Shown: positions 26,543 to 36,991 of the stretch, piece after piece | How positions within the stretch are numbered: the first letter of the stretch is position 1 | How the letters are laid out: every line of letters begins with the position of its first letter | Assembly: GCA_937888365.1 (NCBI GenBank) | Contig: CALBFA010000104.1 | Location: 3,649 to 67,648, forward strand | Length of the DNA stretch: 64,000 bases | Direction: 5' to 3' | Source: an uncultured Fidelibacterota bacterium | GTDB taxonomy: Bacteria; Fidelibacterota; UBA8477; JABMPR01 | Program-made: the position numbers and the translations under genes | The notes under the pieces: model-generated | The model's database searches: none | Told to the model about the DNA's origin: nothing | What the model saw: only the letters and a program-made list of their open reading frames with translations

Positions 26543-29356
26543 ATGGTCAATTTGCAACCTCATAAAATAGGAATTCTATTTTTAATTCTGCTCGGAATTA
26601 TTCTTCCAAACCTTGCATTTTCAGAAGATTATCAACTTGTTGGAATACGTATTGACTTTAACCTAGATGAAGATTTGGCAACGCCGGGGAATGGTAAATT
26701 CGTAAGTACCCTTCCAGATGTTGAAATTTGCTCTGACTTTATTTACGATGAACCTCCTCATGACAAATCATATTTTCAATCTCATTTCCAAGCAGCTAAA
26801 AATTACTGGGAAAAAGTCTCGAATAATCAACTCACAATTTCTAAAATGGATGTATTCCCTGCAGGTATCCATCAAGTTTATTCAACGGATACTACCATGC
26901 TGTCATTCCATCCATTCCTCGAAGATTATGATGAAACCGAGCTTCTCTTTAAACTTGCGAAACAAGCTATTCTACTTTCAGATGATGATGTTGATTATAC
27001 GCAATATAATACCGTCATCGTTTTTCATGCAGGATTAGGCGGCGATTTCGATTTCGTACTGGATCCGACACCAGGTTCAATTCCATCAGCATATTTAAAT
27101 CATGATGACTTAAACGCCTATGGCGGTATCCACGTTGATAATATTGATATCGAATCTGTCATAATATTACCAGAATCTCAAAACTTTCTACAGTTCGAAG
27201 AAACGAAAGACCTTTTTGCTGATGCAACGGATCCTTGCTTTTATCAATTTGGATTAAATGGGTCGATGGCTCTAATGTTGGGTTTTCATTTCGGTCTCGA
27301 TCCCATGTTTGATACAAGTTCTGGGAAATCGCTTCTTGGGAAATTTGTATTAATGGATCAAGGGTCGAATAATTTCCATGGCATCGCGCCAGCGTACCCA
27401 AATCCATATACGCGCATCAAAAGAGGATGGATTACACCTCAAAATATTGGAATCGGTGATGAAGTTTCTCTAGCGATTAATTCTGACGTCGCGAAGCTCA
27501 ATATTAATGAGCATGAATATTATCTCATCGAAAATCATTTACGAAACTTTATTGATCCTTCCCAAATGATAGAAATTATCGATACGCTGCTCCAAGATAC
27601 CATATCGGTCTTGATTGATGTGAACGGCGTTATCCTAGATGTCGATGAGAATTCAGGTGGAATGCCGGGGAATGGATTGCTAATTTGGCATATTAATGAA
27701 AATGCTCGGTACACAGATGAAAATCCAAACGGTGGAGGAGTTCAGCTTGTTGATGTCGTAGAAGCTGACGGAGCACAAGACATTGGCTTTGAAAGTCAGC
27801 TTCTTTTCGCTGATTTTTTAACAACAGGTTGGTGGTTTGACTATTGGTTTGGTGGAAATAAGGGTTGGTTCGATCTCAATAAACGATATCCAATTATTGG
27901 CGATAGCTTATTAACCTTTAATAATGCTACGAATCCATCAACAAAAACTTCAGAGGGTTTACCAACGTATTTAGGTATTGAAAATATTTCGAGAGTTAGT
28001 TCGGTGATGACTTTTAATGTGACTTCGACACGGAAAATAAACACAGATTCGCTCTACAAAATTGCCGGAATATTCAAGAATATTGACAAAGAATTCATTG
28101 TTGAATTAGATGAAAATATGCATCAGTTAAATATGTATCTCATCGATGCTTTCAACATTCCATTACTTCAATCTTCGTTGACGATTCCAACAGTACTGGA
28201 CAATGATACACTTTTTATGAAGGATGAATTCCTATTTTTCCAAAATAATCAAATTTTAAGAATCTATAATTTGAAGACATTGGAATTTAATGCTTTTGAA
28301 GGCACTATTATTTCAGAACCTGCTTTAATGGACAGTATTTTTTATTTTGCAAAAACATTGAATAATAATACAACAAGTTATACAATTGATCAATCGACAT
28401 TACATGCCATTGACTCAACTTTAATGACCTCGGACAATGTAAAATTGATGCCTTATTATAAAGCTGATGGCGGAACGTCACTTGCTTATTTAATGGAATC
28501 TGAACTACATATTGGCAGTTCGGTGATTTCGTCAATTCATTCCGCAAAAAATATCAATATGGAAATAGGAAACGCCCATTTCTCTAAATTTATGGCCCTG
28601 ACAACAGGCGATGATCTATTACTTTTAGACGCTTTAGGAAATATTGAACTCACTTTGGAGAATGTGGAAAATTATTTGCCACTACCCATTAGCCAATCTC
28701 GTCTTGGTTTTATAACATGGAAAAATGACGAAATAAAAGCATTTGATTGGGATGGTCATTCCTTGTCAAATTTTCCAGTTCATATCGATGATATGATTGA
28801 TGATGTTTTGATTTCTATCAACAACCATACGAATGAAGCGAACATTATAGTATTATTTGTAGATGCTTATATCGTCATCGATATCAACGGAAAAATAGTT
28901 GATAAAGCTTATACGGGTTTTAATGCCGATGTGTTTGGTAAATATTTATTTTTGTCCGATGGCTCAAGTTTAATGTCGTTTCCCTTCCTGGATAATTCTG
29001 ATTATTTGTGGGAAACGCCAAAACAAGTCAGCGCTCATTACGTCCTTGCGAATGAAACATTTTCCGCAGATTTGTTAGACAAAAGCAAAACATATAATTA
29101 TCCAAATCCAGTCGATGGTTCTTTCACAACGATTCGCTCGTGGGTAGGTGATGCATCAGCAATGTCTATTGAATTCTATAGCTTAACGGGGCATCTCGTG
29201 GATAAAGTATCATTATCCGATCTAAATCGAAATGCTGTCAATGAATGGGATTGGAATGTTTCAGACATTCAAAATGGCGTCTATTACGCAAATATTCGCG
29301 TAAAGGCATCCAATAGGGAAGAGAATAAGATTATTAAAATAGCCATCACGCATTAG
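26543..29356 (+). CDS. Large secreted T9SS cargo protein with a C-terminal sorting domain (type A CTD); N-terminal region possibly M6/InhA-like but lacking HExxH
   Basis: A signal peptide is present. The last ~80 aa (NYPNPVDGSFTTIRSWVGDASAMSIEFYSLTGHLVDKVSLSDL...VYYANIRV...KIIKIAITH) match the Por_Secre_tail pattern. No zinc-binding motif was found. Confidence 0.65.
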   Translation: MVNLQPHKIGILFLILLGIILPNLAFSEDYQLVGIRIDFNLDEDLATPGNGKFVSTLPDVEICSDFIYDEPPHDKSYFQSHFQAAKNYWEKVSNNQLTISKMDVFPAGIHQVYSTDTTMLSFHPFLEDYDETELLFKLAKQAILLSDDDVDYTQYNTVIVFHAGLGGDFDFVLDPTPGSIPSAYLNHDDLNAYGGIHVDNIDIESVIILPESQNFLQFEETKDLFADATDPCFYQFGLNGSMALMLGFHFGLDPMFDTSSGKSLLGKFVLMDQGSNNFHGIAPAYPNPYTRIKRGWITPQNIGIGDEVSLAINSDVAKLNINEHEYYLIENHLRNFIDPSQMIEIIDTLLQDTISVLIDVNGVILDVDENSGGMPGNGLLIWHINENARYTDENPNGGGVQLVDVVEADGAQDIGFESQLLFADFLTTGWWFDYWFGGNKGWFDLNKRYPIIGDSLLTFNNATNPSTKTSEGLPTYLGIENISRVSSVMTFNVTSTRKINTDSLYKIAGIFKNIDKEFIVELDENMHQLNMYLIDAFNIPLLQSSLTIPTVLDNDTLFMKDEFLFFQNNQILRIYNLKTLEFNAFEGTIISEPALMDSIFYFAKTLNNNTTSYTIDQSTLHAIDSTLMTSDNVKLMPYYKADGGTSLAYLMESELHIGSSVISSIHSAKNINMEIGNAHFSKFMALTTGDDLLLLDALGNIELTLENVENYLPLPISQSRLGFITWKNDEIKAFDWDGHSLSNFPVHIDDMIDDVLISINNHTNEANIIVLFVDAYIVIDINGKIVDKAYTGFNADVFGKYLFLSDGSSLMSFPFLDNSDYLWETPKQVSAHYVLANETFSADLLDKSKTYNYPNPVDGSFTTIRSWVGDASAMSIEFYSLTGHLVDKVSLSDLNRNAVNEWDWNVSDIQNGVYYANIRVKASNREENKIIKIAITH

Positions 29357-29361
29357 ACATA

Positions 29362-32300
29362 ATGAGAAATAATATTTCGTTTAAAATACTAAGTTTACTT
29401 GTATCCGTATCAACTATTGTGTTTGGGCAATATGGATATAATCATCCAGAATTAGTATGGAATACCATTGAAGGCGAGCATTTTATTGTTCATTATCATC
29501 AAGGCACTGAATGGACGGCTAATGAGGCACTTTTTGTAGCAGAAGACATATATCCTGCAATTACAGGACTTTACGGCTATGAACCTGAGTCAAAAACGCA
29601 TCTCATTATCAAAGATACTGATGATTTTGCCAACGGCGGTGCTTATTATTTTGATAATAAAATTGAAATTTGGGCGATGCCTCTAGATTACGAATTGCGG
29701 GGATCGCACTACTGGCTGCGCGATGTCATTTCTCACGAATTTACACACATTATTAGCTTGAGAGCTTCACGAAAATTAAGTGGTAATATGCCTGCAGGTT
29801 ATTTCCAAATTGTTCAATACGAGCCTGACAAGCGCGATGACGTGCTTTACGGCTACCCAAACGGGCTTATAGCGTATCCATTGCCGAGTGTTACCGTGCC
29901 AATGTGGTGGGCAGAAGGGATCGCACAACATCAATCCAATGACAAACGTTTTGATTATTGGGATTCTGTACGTGATATGTTAACCCGTGATAGAATTCAT
30001 CACGGAAAACTATTCACATTTGCCGAAATGGATGGATTCGGAAAAGAAGGAATAGGCAACGAAAGTGTTTATAATCAAGGATTTATGTTTGTCAATTATC
30101 TCGCAAAAAGGTTCGGAGAACAAGTATTACAAGACATCACCAACTATATTTCCAATCCAATGTCTTTTAATTTTTATGCGGGTATTGCGTCCGTAACAGG
30201 TCATTCTGCTCAATCGCTCTATGATGATTGGGTTCAAGAAATGAATCTTGACTACGAAAGTATTCTCAAATCACGTTCCCTCTCCAATATTAATATGATT
30301 CAAAAAGAAGGCATTGAAAATAGAGATCCTAAAATTCGTCCTGAGACATCAGAATTAACCTATATATCGAATTCTGGGCAATCTTATATGTCTTTGACAC
30401 ATCTAGAAAAGTATGTCGATGGTGAACATACTGAATTAGTCTTATCTGCCGAAGGATATGATTGGTCGCCGAATGGAAACGAACTCGTCGTCGTTAAAAA
30501 AGAATTTTATGATGGCCCATTTCCAGGCTCTGAAAAGCATGATCATTCGCTTATCCCACATGAAACATGTGAACGTTGTTTAGCTTTTCATTATTCGGGG
30601 TCAAAATATCGTGATGTTTTTATCTATTCTGGTGAAGATTTTAAAGATGAAATTCAAATTACATCTGGAGCTCGTGCAAAATATCCAGCTTGGAGTCCTA
30701 AGGACAGTTTAATCGCGTTTATAAATTTGCGTGATGGAACAAACAATATTTGTACCGTCGAATCGAAAGAAAATGGTGTTATAATTCAGCTCACAGATTT
30801 CCTCCCCGGAACCCAAGTTTATACGCTCAATTTCTCTCCAGATGGAAGACACATTATTTATGACTATACACGGGGATTTAATCGCGATATCGCCATATTA
30901 GACATCAAAACACGCGAAATTGAAATCGTTACGAATCAAAAATGGGACGAACGGATGCCTTATTGGGCAAATGATTCGACAGTGTATTATTCAGATGACA
31001 GAACAAGTATTTTTAATATTTATCAATACAATCTTAACTCAAAAGAATTAACCCAAATAACGAATGTCGTTGGTGGAGCCTTTACACCTTATCTTGACAA
31101 TGATACGCTATACTTTTCGTTATTTGATGATTGTGGATTTAATATTGTTTCTCTCGAGAAAAACGAATTTAATAATATGAGTTCTGAAATTTCAGATGTT
31201 TACACTAATCGCATTTTAGACGTAAAGTGGGAAGCCCACCAAACAACGAAAAATCAACATCCTTATACAATTCAATATGGTCCAATGTTTTTGGTGCCGC
31301 GTGTTCAAATCGATATTGATCAAAATAAGCACAAGACGAATCCTAAAATCGGTATGTATTTTTTCTCTAATGAGATTTTAAATAATTATACCGTATTAGG
31401 TGGTGCGGATATTGGTCTCAACCGGGATATGGATTTATTCTTTATCACCGAATTTAAGAAATTATGGCCAACACTTTCTGCCGAAGTGTATTATATGAAA
31501 CGCCACACGCGAGAAGAGCTTATTTATGGCGTCTATCCTGCCGAGGCCGATTTAACTTTTACACTTGTTCAAGGCGTCTTTTCAGCCATCGGTGTTTTGC
31601 CAGGCGGACATCTTATTACAGCTGATATTAAAGCTGCAAATTACAATACAGCAATCGGAACACATTTAGTTGAAGGCCTCCAAGGTGGCGGAACGAGTTA
31701 TGATTATTTCCGAGGATATGATTATGGTCTACGATGGAAACTCAATCGAATTGCTCTTCGTCGCGAGCGAAATATAAATCCATCAGGATATACAATTGAC
31801 ACCAGCATACGGAAAAATCATCATGATTTTCTGGACACCTATGGCTATAACGAAGATACGGGATTATGGAGCGATATTTACAATACTTTTGTATATCATA
31901 ATATCAATATTTCCGCATTCTATGGTCATTTAATGTCAAACAAAAAGAATGTTGTATTGTCCAGTAAACTTGATTTAGCTTTTATTGATGACTCTCATAT
32001 TGACGATTTCTTTTGGGAATTTGGTGGCGGGATGCCTGGTTTAAGGGGTTATCCATTTTATAGTATGAATGGAACGCGCAAAGTTTTATCCTCCACGATG
32101 CTTCGATTCCCTTTAGCCCGCGACATATTTAAAAAGTTTGGACATTATACACTACAAAATATTTATGTGGGTTTTGAAGGACAAATTGGTAGTACATGGC
32201 AAGGACAAAATGCTAAATGGAATGACTCAGATTTAAAACAAATTATTTCAAATGATGTCTCTAGCGCCGTCTGGCTACGAGATTTAGGAAGTCAACTTCG

Positions 32301-32460
32301 TGTGAGTGGATTCTCCTTTTATGCCTTTCCAACGGCTTTTGAATTTGGAGCATATTATGGAATTGATACCTATCATTGGGAAGATTCAAACTCTACCGAT
32401 ACAATTGAGTACGGTAAAGAATGGCGTTATTATTGGAAATTACTTTTCCAATTTGATTAA
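29362..32460 (+). CDS. Outer-membrane fusion protein: N-terminal HExxH metallopeptidase-like domain + TolB-like (PD40) beta-propeller + C-terminal Omp85/surface-antigen-like beta-barrel
   Basis: A signal peptide is followed by VISHEFTHIISL (HExxH). PD40-like repeats follow (WSPNGNELVVV, AWSPKDSLIAFI, FSPDGRHIIYDY). The C-terminus carries GGGMPGLRGYPFYSMNGTRKVLSSTMLRFPL (Omp85 GG..RGY....ElRFPl-like) and ends in an aromatic-rich beta-strand. Confidence 0.55.
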   Translation: MRNNISFKILSLLVSVSTIVFGQYGYNHPELVWNTIEGEHFIVHYHQGTEWTANEALFVAEDIYPAITGLYGYEPESKTHLIIKDTDDFANGGAYYFDNKIEIWAMPLDYELRGSHYWLRDVISHEFTHIISLRASRKLSGNMPAGYFQIVQYEPDKRDDVLYGYPNGLIAYPLPSVTVPMWWAEGIAQHQSNDKRFDYWDSVRDMLTRDRIHHGKLFTFAEMDGFGKEGIGNESVYNQGFMFVNYLAKRFGEQVLQDITNYISNPMSFNFYAGIASVTGHSAQSLYDDWVQEMNLDYESILKSRSLSNINMIQKEGIENRDPKIRPETSELTYISNSGQSYMSLTHLEKYVDGEHTELVLSAEGYDWSPNGNELVVVKKEFYDGPFPGSEKHDHSLIPHETCERCLAFHYSGSKYRDVFIYSGEDFKDEIQITSGARAKYPAWSPKDSLIAFINLRDGTNNICTVESKENGVIIQLTDFLPGTQVYTLNFSPDGRHIIYDYTRGFNRDIAILDIKTREIEIVTNQKWDERMPYWANDSTVYYSDDRTSIFNIYQYNLNSKELTQITNVVGGAFTPYLDNDTLYFSLFDDCGFNIVSLEKNEFNNMSSEISDVYTNRILDVKWEAHQTTKNQHPYTIQYGPMFLVPRVQIDIDQNKHKTNPKIGMYFFSNEILNNYTVLGGADIGLNRDMDLFFITEFKKLWPTLSAEVYYMKRHTREELIYGVYPAEADLTFTLVQGVFSAIGVLPGGHLITADIKAANYNTAIGTHLVEGLQGGGTSYDYFRGYDYGLRWKLNRIALRRERNINPSGYTIDTSIRKNHHDFLDTYGYNEDTGLWSDIYNTFVYHNINISAFYGHLMSNKKNVVLSSKLDLAFIDDSHIDDFFWEFGGGMPGLRGYPFYSMNGTRKVLSSTMLRFPLARDIFKKFGHYTLQNIYVGFEGQIGSTWQGQNAKWNDSDLKQIISNDVSSAVWLRDLGSQLRVSGFSFYAFPTAFEFGAYYGIDTYHWEDSNSTDTIEYGKEWRYYWKLLFQFD

Positions 32461-32466
32461 AGGAAT

Positions 32467-33240
32467 TTGTGTATGAGATTATTTTTGATTTTATTAATCA
32501 GTATTCAATTATTAAATGCAGGCATGTTTGATAAATCGGAAAATGAAATGACACGTTTCAAGTATTTTTATCAAGATTCCACAACAAATGAACCTGAAAA
32601 AGAAATCGTTCCAAAACCTATATTATTTACAAAAGCGAAGCAAAAACAGCTCTTTAAATCGGCTATTTTACCCGGTTGGGGTCAGTATAGTAATCAAAAC
32701 AAAGGCAAAGCTATGCTTTTTGCCGCCATTGAAGTGACATCAATTGTAGCCTATTTTAATTATTATAATAATGCTAAAGATATTGAAATAGAATTTAAAG
32801 CCTATGCCGACGAGCATTGGGATTACAATCATTATTTTAATAGCATAAGCTATGAAGATGGCGTTGCTAAAACTGCCTGTGGCGTTATTGTAACGCATCC
32901 CATGACGGCGTTAAAAGACCATCATTATTATGAAAATATTAGTAAATATGATGAATTCGTCTGTGGTTGGGATGATGTAAGCGAAAAGTTCGAAGGTGAA
33001 AATGGTGTTGTATATACGCCTAACAAAGTCGTATATATAGACATGCGTACAGAGTCAAATCGGATTTATCGTCAAGCGACTATGATGACAACAGCATTGC
33101 TTTTTAATCATGTGTTCTCAGCACTAGATGCAGCCATATTTGGTAAAGATCCAAGCGATTCAATATTATCACAAAATACATCCATATCACTAAACCCTAT
33201 AGATAGTTCAAAGCTACTTAAACTGGAGATACGATTTTGA
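32467..33240 (+). CDS. Secreted/membrane hypothetical protein (DUF5683-like, ILPGWGQYSN motif)
   Basis: A signal peptide is followed by the motif SAILPGWGQYSNQNKGKAMLFAAIEV, which resembles the DUF5683 PGxGQ signature. Confidence 0.4.
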   Translation: MCMRLFLILLISIQLLNAGMFDKSENEMTRFKYFYQDSTTNEPEKEIVPKPILFTKAKQKQLFKSAILPGWGQYSNQNKGKAMLFAAIEVTSIVAYFNYYNNAKDIEIEFKAYADEHWDYNHYFNSISYEDGVAKTACGVIVTHPMTALKDHHYYENISKYDEFVCGWDDVSEKFEGENGVVYTPNKVVYIDMRTESNRIYRQATMMTTALLFNHVFSALDAAIFGKDPSDSILSQNTSISLNPIDSSKLLKLEIRF

Positions 33241-33977
33241 AAAAAATACTAATCATTCTTTTAATCCTAAGTCAAATATTAATAAATGCATGCGCCAATA
33301 AAACAAAATCGTTTACAGCAGATGATATGTCTGAAATGTTCAAAAAAGGCATGACGTATTATGAGAAAGAAAATTGGTTAAAAGCTGAAGAGACATTTAC
33401 ATATATCGTGTATAATGACCCAGGTGGTGTGTATGCGGATGACGCTCAATTTTATTTAGGTGAGACAGCTTTTAACAAAGAAGAATATTTAACGGCAATT
33501 GATGAATACAGACGTTTAGTAAGAAGATGGCCAAACTCAGAATTTACCAATACGGCCTACTGGCGCAAAACAGAAGCCCTTGTTGCATTGTCACCGGACT
33601 ATCGCCGTGCATCAGAGCCTACCGAACGTGCCTTGGCAAGTGTTTATGAATTTTTGGAACGATATCCTGATTCAGAATACAACGATAAAGCCCAAGAACT
33701 GATTCAGGAATTAAAGAATAAAATGGCCAATAAATTATTTGACGCTGGTAACTTGTATCGAACTTTAGAATATTTTGATTCGGCGCTTGTTTATTTCATT
33801 GCGGTCCAAGAAGAATTCCCAGAAAGTGAATTTATGGATGCATCCATACTTTATGAAGCTTTATGTCTTAGCAAATTAGGTCAAAAAGACGAAAGTATAC
33901 TTAAATTAGAACTCATTAATCAAGAAAATTTATCATTGAAAGAAAAAGCAATGTTTAATTCATTACATGGAAAATAA
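33237..33977 (+). CDS. bamD: Outer-membrane protein assembly factor BamD-like TPR lipoprotein
   Basis: A lipoprotein signal (LINAC) precedes TPR pairs with conserved features (YADDAQFYLGETAF, WPNSEFTNTAYW, YPDSEYNDKAQ, FPESEF). The start is TTG and overlaps the upstream gene. Confidence 0.6.
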   Translation: MKKILIILLILSQILINACANKTKSFTADDMSEMFKKGMTYYEKENWLKAEETFTYIVYNDPGGVYADDAQFYLGETAFNKEEYLTAIDEYRRLVRRWPNSEFTNTAYWRKTEALVALSPDYRRASEPTERALASVYEFLERYPDSEYNDKAQELIQELKNKMANKLFDAGNLYRTLEYFDSALVYFIAVQEEFPESEFMDASILYEALCLSKLGQKDESILKLELINQENLSLKEKAMFNSLHGK

Positions 33978-34004
33978 TAGCTTCATACTGCAGGGTTTTC
34001 CCTT

Positions 34005-34610
34005 TTGAAAATGTGCCTCTTTGGAGGGACGTTTGATCCTCCGCATAATGCTCATTTCATTATTGCCGAAGCGATTCGCGAGAGTCTTGATTTAAATAAA
34101 ATTATTTTTATACCCGCATATATACCTCCACATAAGCAAGTAGCATCTAAAATTTCATCTATCGAACATCGACTCCAAATGCTTAAACTTTGCGTTTCTA
34201 AAAATGAGCATTTTGATATTTCGACGATAGAAATTGATAGGGGAGGTATTTCTTATACAATTGACACCATTCGCGCCTTTAAAAAGCTTTATAATTTTTC
34301 ATCGAAAGAGTTACATTTTCTTGTAGGTAGTGATAGTTTAAAGTATTTTAAAAAATGGCGTGATTGGGAAGCTATTTTAAATGAAGCGCAAGTTATCGTA
34401 GCAAGAAGACCAAGATTTGAAAAATCAGACATTGATTCTGATTTAATCGAAAAAGTCATCTTTTTAAATTTGCCCAGAATCGAGATATCAAGTACCGAAA
34501 TACGTGAACGCGCATTAGAAAGGCAAATGATGTCATTTTATCTACCAGAAGATGTAAAAGATTATATCGAGAAAAATAATCTATATCCGCAAAAGAGTTT
34601 GCATGTTTAG
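34005..34610 (+). CDS. nadD: Nicotinate-nucleotide adenylyltransferase
   Basis: The (H/T)xGH motif is present as GGTFDPPHNAHF, with IPAYIPPHK and an SxTxxR-like C-terminus (ISSTEIR). Confidence 0.88.
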   Translation: MKMCLFGGTFDPPHNAHFIIAEAIRESLDLNKIIFIPAYIPPHKQVASKISSIEHRLQMLKLCVSKNEHFDISTIEIDRGGISYTIDTIRAFKKLYNFSSKELHFLVGSDSLKYFKKWRDWEAILNEAQVIVARRPRFEKSDIDSDLIEKVIFLNLPRIEISSTEIRERALERQMMSFYLPEDVKDYIEKNNLYPQKSLHV

Positions 34611-35580
34611 TAGTATAGGTCTTTATGGCAATATCGTTGTTATTCTCATTAGCATAGCGATGTTGTATTTTGGTGCAGATGGGCTTGTCCGCGGGGGTGG
34701 TCATATTGCCCAACGACTTGGTATTAGACCATTTGTGATTGGATTAACAATCGTTGCATTTGGAACATCTTTACCCGAATTTATTGTAAGTCTTATTGCA
34801 AATGTATGGAAAGATAGCGCGAGTATCGCCATTGGAAATATTATCGGAAGCAATATTACCAATATCGGTCTCGTATTGGGTTTAAGCGCAATTATTTTTC
34901 CTGTCGTTGTCCATTTTCATTCTGTATTGAAACAATTGCTATTTCTACTGATAGTGGGAATTCTATTCTATGCCTTAGCTCTCGATGGCAACATATCTCG
35001 AATTGAAGGCTTTGTCATGATATCATTGCTTATAATTTATGTCTACTATTTATTTAGAAATCCAAATGAAGTCGAACTTGACAATATTGATGAAGATCTT
35101 TCTAGTCCTTTTAAAGATGCCATTACTGTTATTCTTGGTAGTATAGCATTATCCATTGGTGCATGGTTGTTCGTGGAAAGTGGTGTGTGGATTGCCGAAG
35201 AATTCCATATTTCAAAACTTGTTATAGGACTCACTATAATCGCCCTCGGGACATCACTACCTGAATTAGCAACTTCATTAATGGCTGCCTATAAAAAAGA
35301 AGGTGAGATGTCAATTGGTAATATTATAGGCTCTAATATTTTTAATATTTTATTCATTATGGGGGGTGTGGCGTTTGTTAAACCACTATCTGTATTTGAA
35401 ACAAAAATAATAAATGGCGTAGAATTATCGATTTTCCCACATATCCAATATATTGTTATGTTGGGGTTCGGTCTCATTTTAATTCCCTTTTCTATAAAGA
35501 ATAGAATAGGTCGTTTTTACGGTACAATTCTTGTCCTCGGTTACGTTCTTTTTAACATAAAAATTATCTTTTTTTCGTGA
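34603..35580 (+). CDS. yrbG: Ca2+/Na+ antiporter, CaCA family (YrbG-like)
   Basis: Two alpha-repeat motifs are present (GNIIGSNITNIGLVLG and GNIIGSNIFNILFIMG) in an ~10-TM protein. Confidence 0.85.
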   Translation: MFSSIGLYGNIVVILISIAMLYFGADGLVRGGGHIAQRLGIRPFVIGLTIVAFGTSLPEFIVSLIANVWKDSASIAIGNIIGSNITNIGLVLGLSAIIFPVVVHFHSVLKQLLFLLIVGILFYALALDGNISRIEGFVMISLLIIYVYYLFRNPNEVELDNIDEDLSSPFKDAITVILGSIALSIGAWLFVESGVWIAEEFHISKLVIGLTIIALGTSLPELATSLMAAYKKEGEMSIGNIIGSNIFNILFIMGGVAFVKPLSVFETKIINGVELSIFPHIQYIVMLGFGLILIPFSIKNRIGRFYGTILVLGYVLFNIKIIFFS

Positions 35581-36323
35581 TGACTTTGGCCGATCCAAAA
35601 TTGATTCAACCTTATGAGCGATTGGCATTTTATTATGATGAGCTTATGGATTATATAGATTATATAGACTGGACCGATTTAATAGTCGAAGGCCTGAAAG
35701 ACCTTATTCCTGGCAAAAATATTCTTGATGTCTCATGCGGAACCGGAACAATGTGCTATCATTTATCAGCTTTGGGATATGAAGTGTCAGGAGTAGATTC
35801 CAGTCTAAAGATGGTAGAATTGGCGAAAAGTAAATATTCAAATCTTCGTTTTAGCGTTGGTGATATGCGAAATATTCAACTAACAAATCTCACATTTGAC
35901 GCCATATTAAATGTTCATGATGGCTTGAATTATTTACATAATCTGGACGATATTTTAGCATTCTTAACAAACTCAAAATCAATGCTTTCGCAAGATGGCG
36001 TCCTCGTATTCGATGTTGCCACACCGCGTCTTTGTCGTCAACATTTTAATGAATTCATCGAAATCCACGCGTCTGAAGAGAATGTTTGGGAAAGACACAC
36101 TCACTATGATGCAAGAAAAAAACTCGTGCAATCTGACTTTATTTTTTTAGACGCTGACGGTCACGCAACAGAAAAAGAAACGCATCTTCAAATTGCCTAC
36201 AATTTAAAAGAAGTAAATTCATTTTTGGAGCTTAGTCCTTTTAAAACATGGGATATATTTGACGAAGAAACTCTAGAAATTGCTGATGAAAACACGGAAC
36301 GTTTGATTATTTTTGCGCAATAA
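35577..36323 (+). CDS. Class I SAM-dependent methyltransferase
   Basis: SAM-binding motif I (ILDVSCGTGTMCYHLSALGYEVSGVDSS) and the post-I acidic residue are present. Confidence 0.75.
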   Translation: MMTLADPKLIQPYERLAFYYDELMDYIDYIDWTDLIVEGLKDLIPGKNILDVSCGTGTMCYHLSALGYEVSGVDSSLKMVELAKSKYSNLRFSVGDMRNIQLTNLTFDAILNVHDGLNYLHNLDDILAFLTNSKSMLSQDGVLVFDVATPRLCRQHFNEFIEIHASEENVWERHTHYDARKKLVQSDFIFLDADGHATEKETHLQIAYNLKEVNSFLELSPFKTWDIFDEETLEIADENTERLIIFAQ

Positions 36324-36991
36324 TGACGATGATTAATTTTAATAATGTGACACTACAATACGATTCAGGAGCGACCATTCGCAACGTCAATTTTTCACTC
36401 AAGCGTGGAGAATTTGCCTATTTAATTGGTCCATCTGGTTCTGGGAAATCATCCATACTTCGAATGATTTATATGGATTTATTCCCGAATATTGGGGAAG
36501 TAAAAGTTGGTGACTTTAATTGCAATACGATTAAAAGACGTCATATACCCAAATTAAGACGAAAAGTTGGAATGATATTTCAGGACTATCTTCTATTAAA
36601 CGATAGGAATGTATATCAAAACGTCTCCCTAGCATTGGAGATTCAAGGCGTAAAGACGAAAGAAATTGAACGCCGAGTTCATCGTGCTTTAAATGAAGTC
36701 GGTCTCTTGCAAAAGAAAACTCAATTCCCTTATGAACTTTCAGGTGGGGAGCAACAGCGAGTCTCTATCGCGCGAGCCGTCGTCAAAGACCCCCTCGTTC
36801 TTTTAGCGGATGAACCAACGGGAAATCTCGATTATGGTGTGTCCCTAGAGATATTAAAACTCTTATGGCGATTCCATGAAAAAGGTACCGCCGTCATCAT
36901 GGCAACACATAACCTAGAATTAATTCGCGACTATCCTGCACGTACGTTACGCATTTCAAATGGAATTATAAAAGGTGACGTTACGCCATGA
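36323..36991 (+). CDS. ftsE: Cell-division ABC transporter ATP-binding protein FtsE
   Basis: Walker A (GPSGSGKSS), signature [14 protein letters not shown] and Walker B ([11 protein letters not shown]) are present, and the ftsX-like permease gene follows. Confidence 0.8.
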   Translation: MTMINFNNVTLQYDSGATIRNVNFSLKRGEFAYLIGPSGSGKSSILRMIYMDLFPNIGEVKVGDFNCNTIKRRHIPKLRRKVGMIFQDYLLLNDRNVYQNVSLALEIQGVKTKEIERRVHRALNEVGLLQKKTQFPYELSGGEQQRVSIARAVVKDPLVLLADEPTGNLDYGVSLEILKLLWRFHEKGTAVIMATHNLELIRDYPARTLRISNGIIKGDVTP

